Shown here in pieces: positions 61,342-64,000 of a stretch of DNA of 64,000 nt. Below the pieces are notes generated by a model, which saw only the letters and a list, made by a program, of their open reading frames with translations, had not been told where the DNA came from and ran no database searches. Made by a program: the position numbers and the translations under genes. The DNA lies in assembly GCA_044222065.1 (NCBI GenBank), contig JBGAOA010000002.1, positions 32,001 through 96,000 on the forward strand. The letters are read 5' to 3'. Position 1 is the stretch's first letter. Each line of letters opens with the position of its first letter. This stretch comes from Candidatus Eiseniibacteriota bacterium. Lineage in GTDB: Bacteria; Eisenbacteria; RBG-16-71-46.

Positions 61342-63165
61342 ATGCTCCGCCTCGTGCCGGGCCGGTTCCGTCGCGCGATCCTGATTCCGCTGCTCGCCCT
61401 CGCCGGTTGCGGTGGCCCGGCGCCTTCTCGCGACGCCTGGGTGGATCCCTATCCGCTGCCGGCCGACACGATGACCGTGGCCGCGCCCGAACTCGGGGTG
61501 CACGGCGGGCGGTTCGTGATCGCGGCGACGTCGAGCCCGAAGACCTTCAACCCCGTGATGGGGAGCGAGTCGTCGACGAACGACGTCACGTCTCGGCTGT
61601 TCGTCGGACTCGCGGACTGGGACTACCGCACGCATCAGGACTACGGCGTGCTCGCGAAGTCGTGGGAGCGGAGCCCCGACGGACTGACCTACACGTTCCA
61701 CCTGCGGCGAGGCGCGGCGTTCTCGGACGGACACGCGCTGACCTCCGACGACGTGCTGTTCACCGCTGCGGTGACGCTCGACTCGACGGTCGGCGCGTCG
61801 CTGCGCGCGTCGCTCCAGTCCGCCGGACGGCCGTTCGTCTTCGAGGCGCCCGACTCGTACACCGTGGTCGTGCGGCTCGCGGGCCCGCACCGGCTCGCGA
61901 TCGCCGCGATCGGGTCGCTGCGGGTTCTGCCGAAGCACCGACTCGAGGCCGCGTGGAAGGAGGGCCGCTTCCCCTCGTCCTACGGCACCGACACGCCGCC
62001 CGAGAGTCTCGTCACGAGCGGGCCGTGGATCCTGCGCTCCTACCTGCCGCAGGAGCGCACGGTCCTCGCACGAAACCCGTACTGGCTCGGCGTGGACGCG
62101 CGCGGAAACCGGCTGCCGTACCTCGACGAGGTCGTGCTCGTCGTGGTGCCCGATCAGGCCGCGGCGGCGCTGAAGTTCCAGTCGGGCGAGGTCGACGGAC
62201 TCGACAACGTGAAGAACGAGGACTACTCGACGTACGAGCAGGGGCAGGAGAAGGGCGACTACCATCTCTACGACCTCGGCCCGGGACTCAACACGTCGTT
62301 CCTGTGGTTCAACCTGCGGCTCGCCGAGGAATCGGCACCGGGGCGGAAGGCGGGGTCGCCCTACGCCGGGGAGGTCCCGTACTCGTGGTTCTCGCGCGTC
62401 GACTTCCGGCGCGCCGTCTCGCACGCGATCGATCGCGACGCGATCATCCGCGGTCCGTACTTCGGAGACGCCGTCAAGAACTGGGCGCACATCACGCCCG
62501 GCAACCCCGTGTGGTCGCTGACCGATGTCGTGCACTACGACTACGACCCCGAGCGCGCCAGGACGCTGCTCGCCGGGCTCGGCTGGAAGGACACCGACGG
62601 CGACGGACTGCTCGAAGACGAGCACGGCCGCACGATCCGCTTCACGATCAAGACGAACGGCGACAACAAGACGCGCATGGACGTCCTGACGATGATCCAC
62701 GACGACCTGCGCAAGGTCGGCGTGGACGCGGTCCCCGCGGGCAGCGATTTCAACACGCTGACGACGAACTTCCGGACCGACTTCCAGTACGAGGCGGCGC
62801 TGCTCGGGCTCGGTTCGGCCGTGCCGCCCGATCCCGGCATCGGCATGAACTTCTGGCGCTCCTCCGGCGTCATCCACTACTGGGCCCCGAAGCAGAAGCG
62901 CCCGATGAACGCGATCGAGGCGCGGCTCGACTCGCTCGCGGACGCGCACATCGCCGCGCTCGACGACGCGACGGCGCGCGAGACGTACCGGGCGCTCCAG
63001 ACCACGGTCAACGAGAACGCGTTCGTGATCTACCTGCCGAGCCAGGTCGTGCGCATCCCGGTCCGGAACGGCTTCGGGAACCTCTCGCCGAACGTGGTGC
63101 CGCACCGCCTGCTCTGGAACATCGACCAGGTGTTCGTGAAGCCGGGCGGCCGCCGCCGGTCCTGA
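61342..63165 (+). CDS. Peptide/nickel ABC transporter family-5 substrate-binding lipoprotein
   Basis: Lipobox LAGC; PKTFNP; LAKSWE.SPDGLTYTFHLR..FSDG; RNPYW; FRRAVSHAIDR; YDPERA. Confidence 0.9.
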   Translation: MLRLVPGRFRRAILIPLLALAGCGGPAPSRDAWVDPYPLPADTMTVAAPELGVHGGRFVIAATSSPKTFNPVMGSESSTNDVTSRLFVGLADWDYRTHQDYGVLAKSWERSPDGLTYTFHLRRGAAFSDGHALTSDDVLFTAAVTLDSTVGASLRASLQSAGRPFVFEAPDSYTVVVRLAGPHRLAIAAIGSLRVLPKHRLEAAWKEGRFPSSYGTDTPPESLVTSGPWILRSYLPQERTVLARNPYWLGVDARGNRLPYLDEVVLVVVPDQAAAALKFQSGEVDGLDNVKNEDYSTYEQGQEKGDYHLYDLGPGLNTSFLWFNLRLAEESAPGRKAGSPYAGEVPYSWFSRVDFRRAVSHAIDRDAIIRGPYFGDAVKNWAHITPGNPVWSLTDVVHYDYDPERARTLLAGLGWKDTDGDGLLEDEHGRTIRFTIKTNGDNKTRMDVLTMIHDDLRKVGVDAVPAGSDFNTLTTNFRTDFQYEAALLGLGSAVPPDPGIGMNFWRSSGVIHYWAPKQKRPMNAIEARLDSLADAHIAALDDATARETYRALQTTVNENAFVIYLPSQVVRIPVRNGFGNLSPNVVPHRLLWNIDQVFVKPGGRRRS

Positions 63166-63177
63166 GACGCGGCGCGC

Positions 63178-64000
63178 ATGCGCACGTTCGTCCTGCGCCG
63201 TGTCCTCCAGGTCGTACCCCTGCTGTTCGGACTCACCGCGATCACCTTCCTGCTCGTCGCGCTCGCGCCCGGTGACTTCCTGAACACGCTCGCCGAGAAC
63301 CCGGCGATCACGCCGCAGGTGCTCGAGTCCATGCGCCGCAATTTCGGTCTCGACCGGCCGGTGTGGGTGCAGTACGGGCTCTACCTGTGGAATCTGCTGC
63401 ACGGCGACTTCGGTCAGTCGTTCTCGCGTCACCAGCCGGTGTTCGCGGTGCTGCGCGAGGGGCTCGCGAATACGCTGCTGCTCGCGGGCGCGGCCGCGAT
63501 CGTGACGTGGGGGCTCGCGATCCCGCTCGGAGTGATCGCCGCCGTGCGGCAGAACACGGTCGTGGACCGCTCGCTCGGCGTTCTCGCCTACGTCTGGCTG
63601 TCCGTGCCCGAGGTCCTGTCCGGGCTGCTGCTGCTGTTGTTCGCGGCGCGAACCGGCTGGTTCCCGACCGGCGGCATGCACTCGCTCGACTTCGAGCGGC
63701 TCGGGCCGCTCGCGCGCGCGGGGGACCTGCTCCACCATCTCGCGCTGCCGGCGATCGCCGTGGGGCTCGTGCCGCTCGCGAGCCGCATGCGCCAAACGCG
63801 CGCGAACCTGCTCGACGTGCTGCTCGACTACGTGACGACGGCGCGCGCGAAGGGGCTCGATGAGCGGACCGTGGTCGTCAGCACGCGCTCCGCAACGCGC
63901 TCAACCCGCTCGTCACGATGTTCGGGTTCACGCTCGGCTCGCTCGTCTCGGGTTCGCTCGTCGCCGAGATCGTGTTCTCGTGGCCCGGCCTCGGTCGCAT
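63178..64000 (+). CDS. Peptide ABC permease DppB/OppB-type; runs off the window; frameshift at ~63880
   Basis: FVLRR, GLDRP..QY, GDFGQS, TARAKG, then [16 protein letters not shown] in a shifted frame. Confidence 0.88.
   Translation, partial: MRTFVLRRVLQVVPLLFGLTAITFLLVALAPGDFLNTLAENPAITPQVLESMRRNFGLDRPVWVQYGLYLWNLLHGDFGQSFSRHQPVFAVLREGLANTLLLAGAAAIVTWGLAIPLGVIAAVRQNTVVDRSLGVLAYVWLSVPEVLSGLLLLLFAARTGWFPTGGMHSLDFERLGPLARAGDLLHHLALPAIAVGLVPLASRMRQTRANLLDVLLDYVTTARAKGLDERTVVVSTRSATRSTRSSRCSGSRSARSSRVRSSPRSCSRGPASVA

Overview
This is a very GC-rich (roughly 70%), gene-dense chromosomal window from a diderm bacterium. The gene set (LpxC-FabZ fusion, archaeal/eukaryote-type ProRS, split GcvPA/PB, GlmL-like cluster) suggests an FCB-related candidate phylum such as Ca. 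Eisenbacteria; this is inference only. Order: clpC (3' end), bamA, skp, lpxD, lpxC-fabZ, lpxA, GnnA-like oxidoreductase, lpxB, DUF374/LpxJ-like acyltransferase, waaA, lpxK, nadB, Minf_1886-family gene, msbA-like ABC, GT9, proS, waaF, gmhB fusion. Then a minus-strand TPR/Cys-rich membrane protein + DUF4388 pair, asnS and a GT-C-like membrane protein. Then a PstS-like/TPR/2xSTAS/ExbB/2xExbD/2xTonB cluster, a YIP1-TolC-MFP-ABC exporter with four MacB-type permeases, uvrA, and tdh-(TonB-domain lipoprotein)-kbl-gcvTHPP. The gcv genes run into an uncharacterised module: a GlmL/MutL-like ASKHA ATPase, a hybrid-motif protein, four membrane proteins and a lipoate ligase. A peptide ABC importer ends the window. 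The best candidate for an undescribed system is that gcv-coupled module (53271-61279). Four frameshifts (one in essential proS) and one suspect homopolymer fusion look like assembly indels. I saw no rRNA, tRNA, CRISPR array or mobile element. Family names come from motif recognition, not from database searches.
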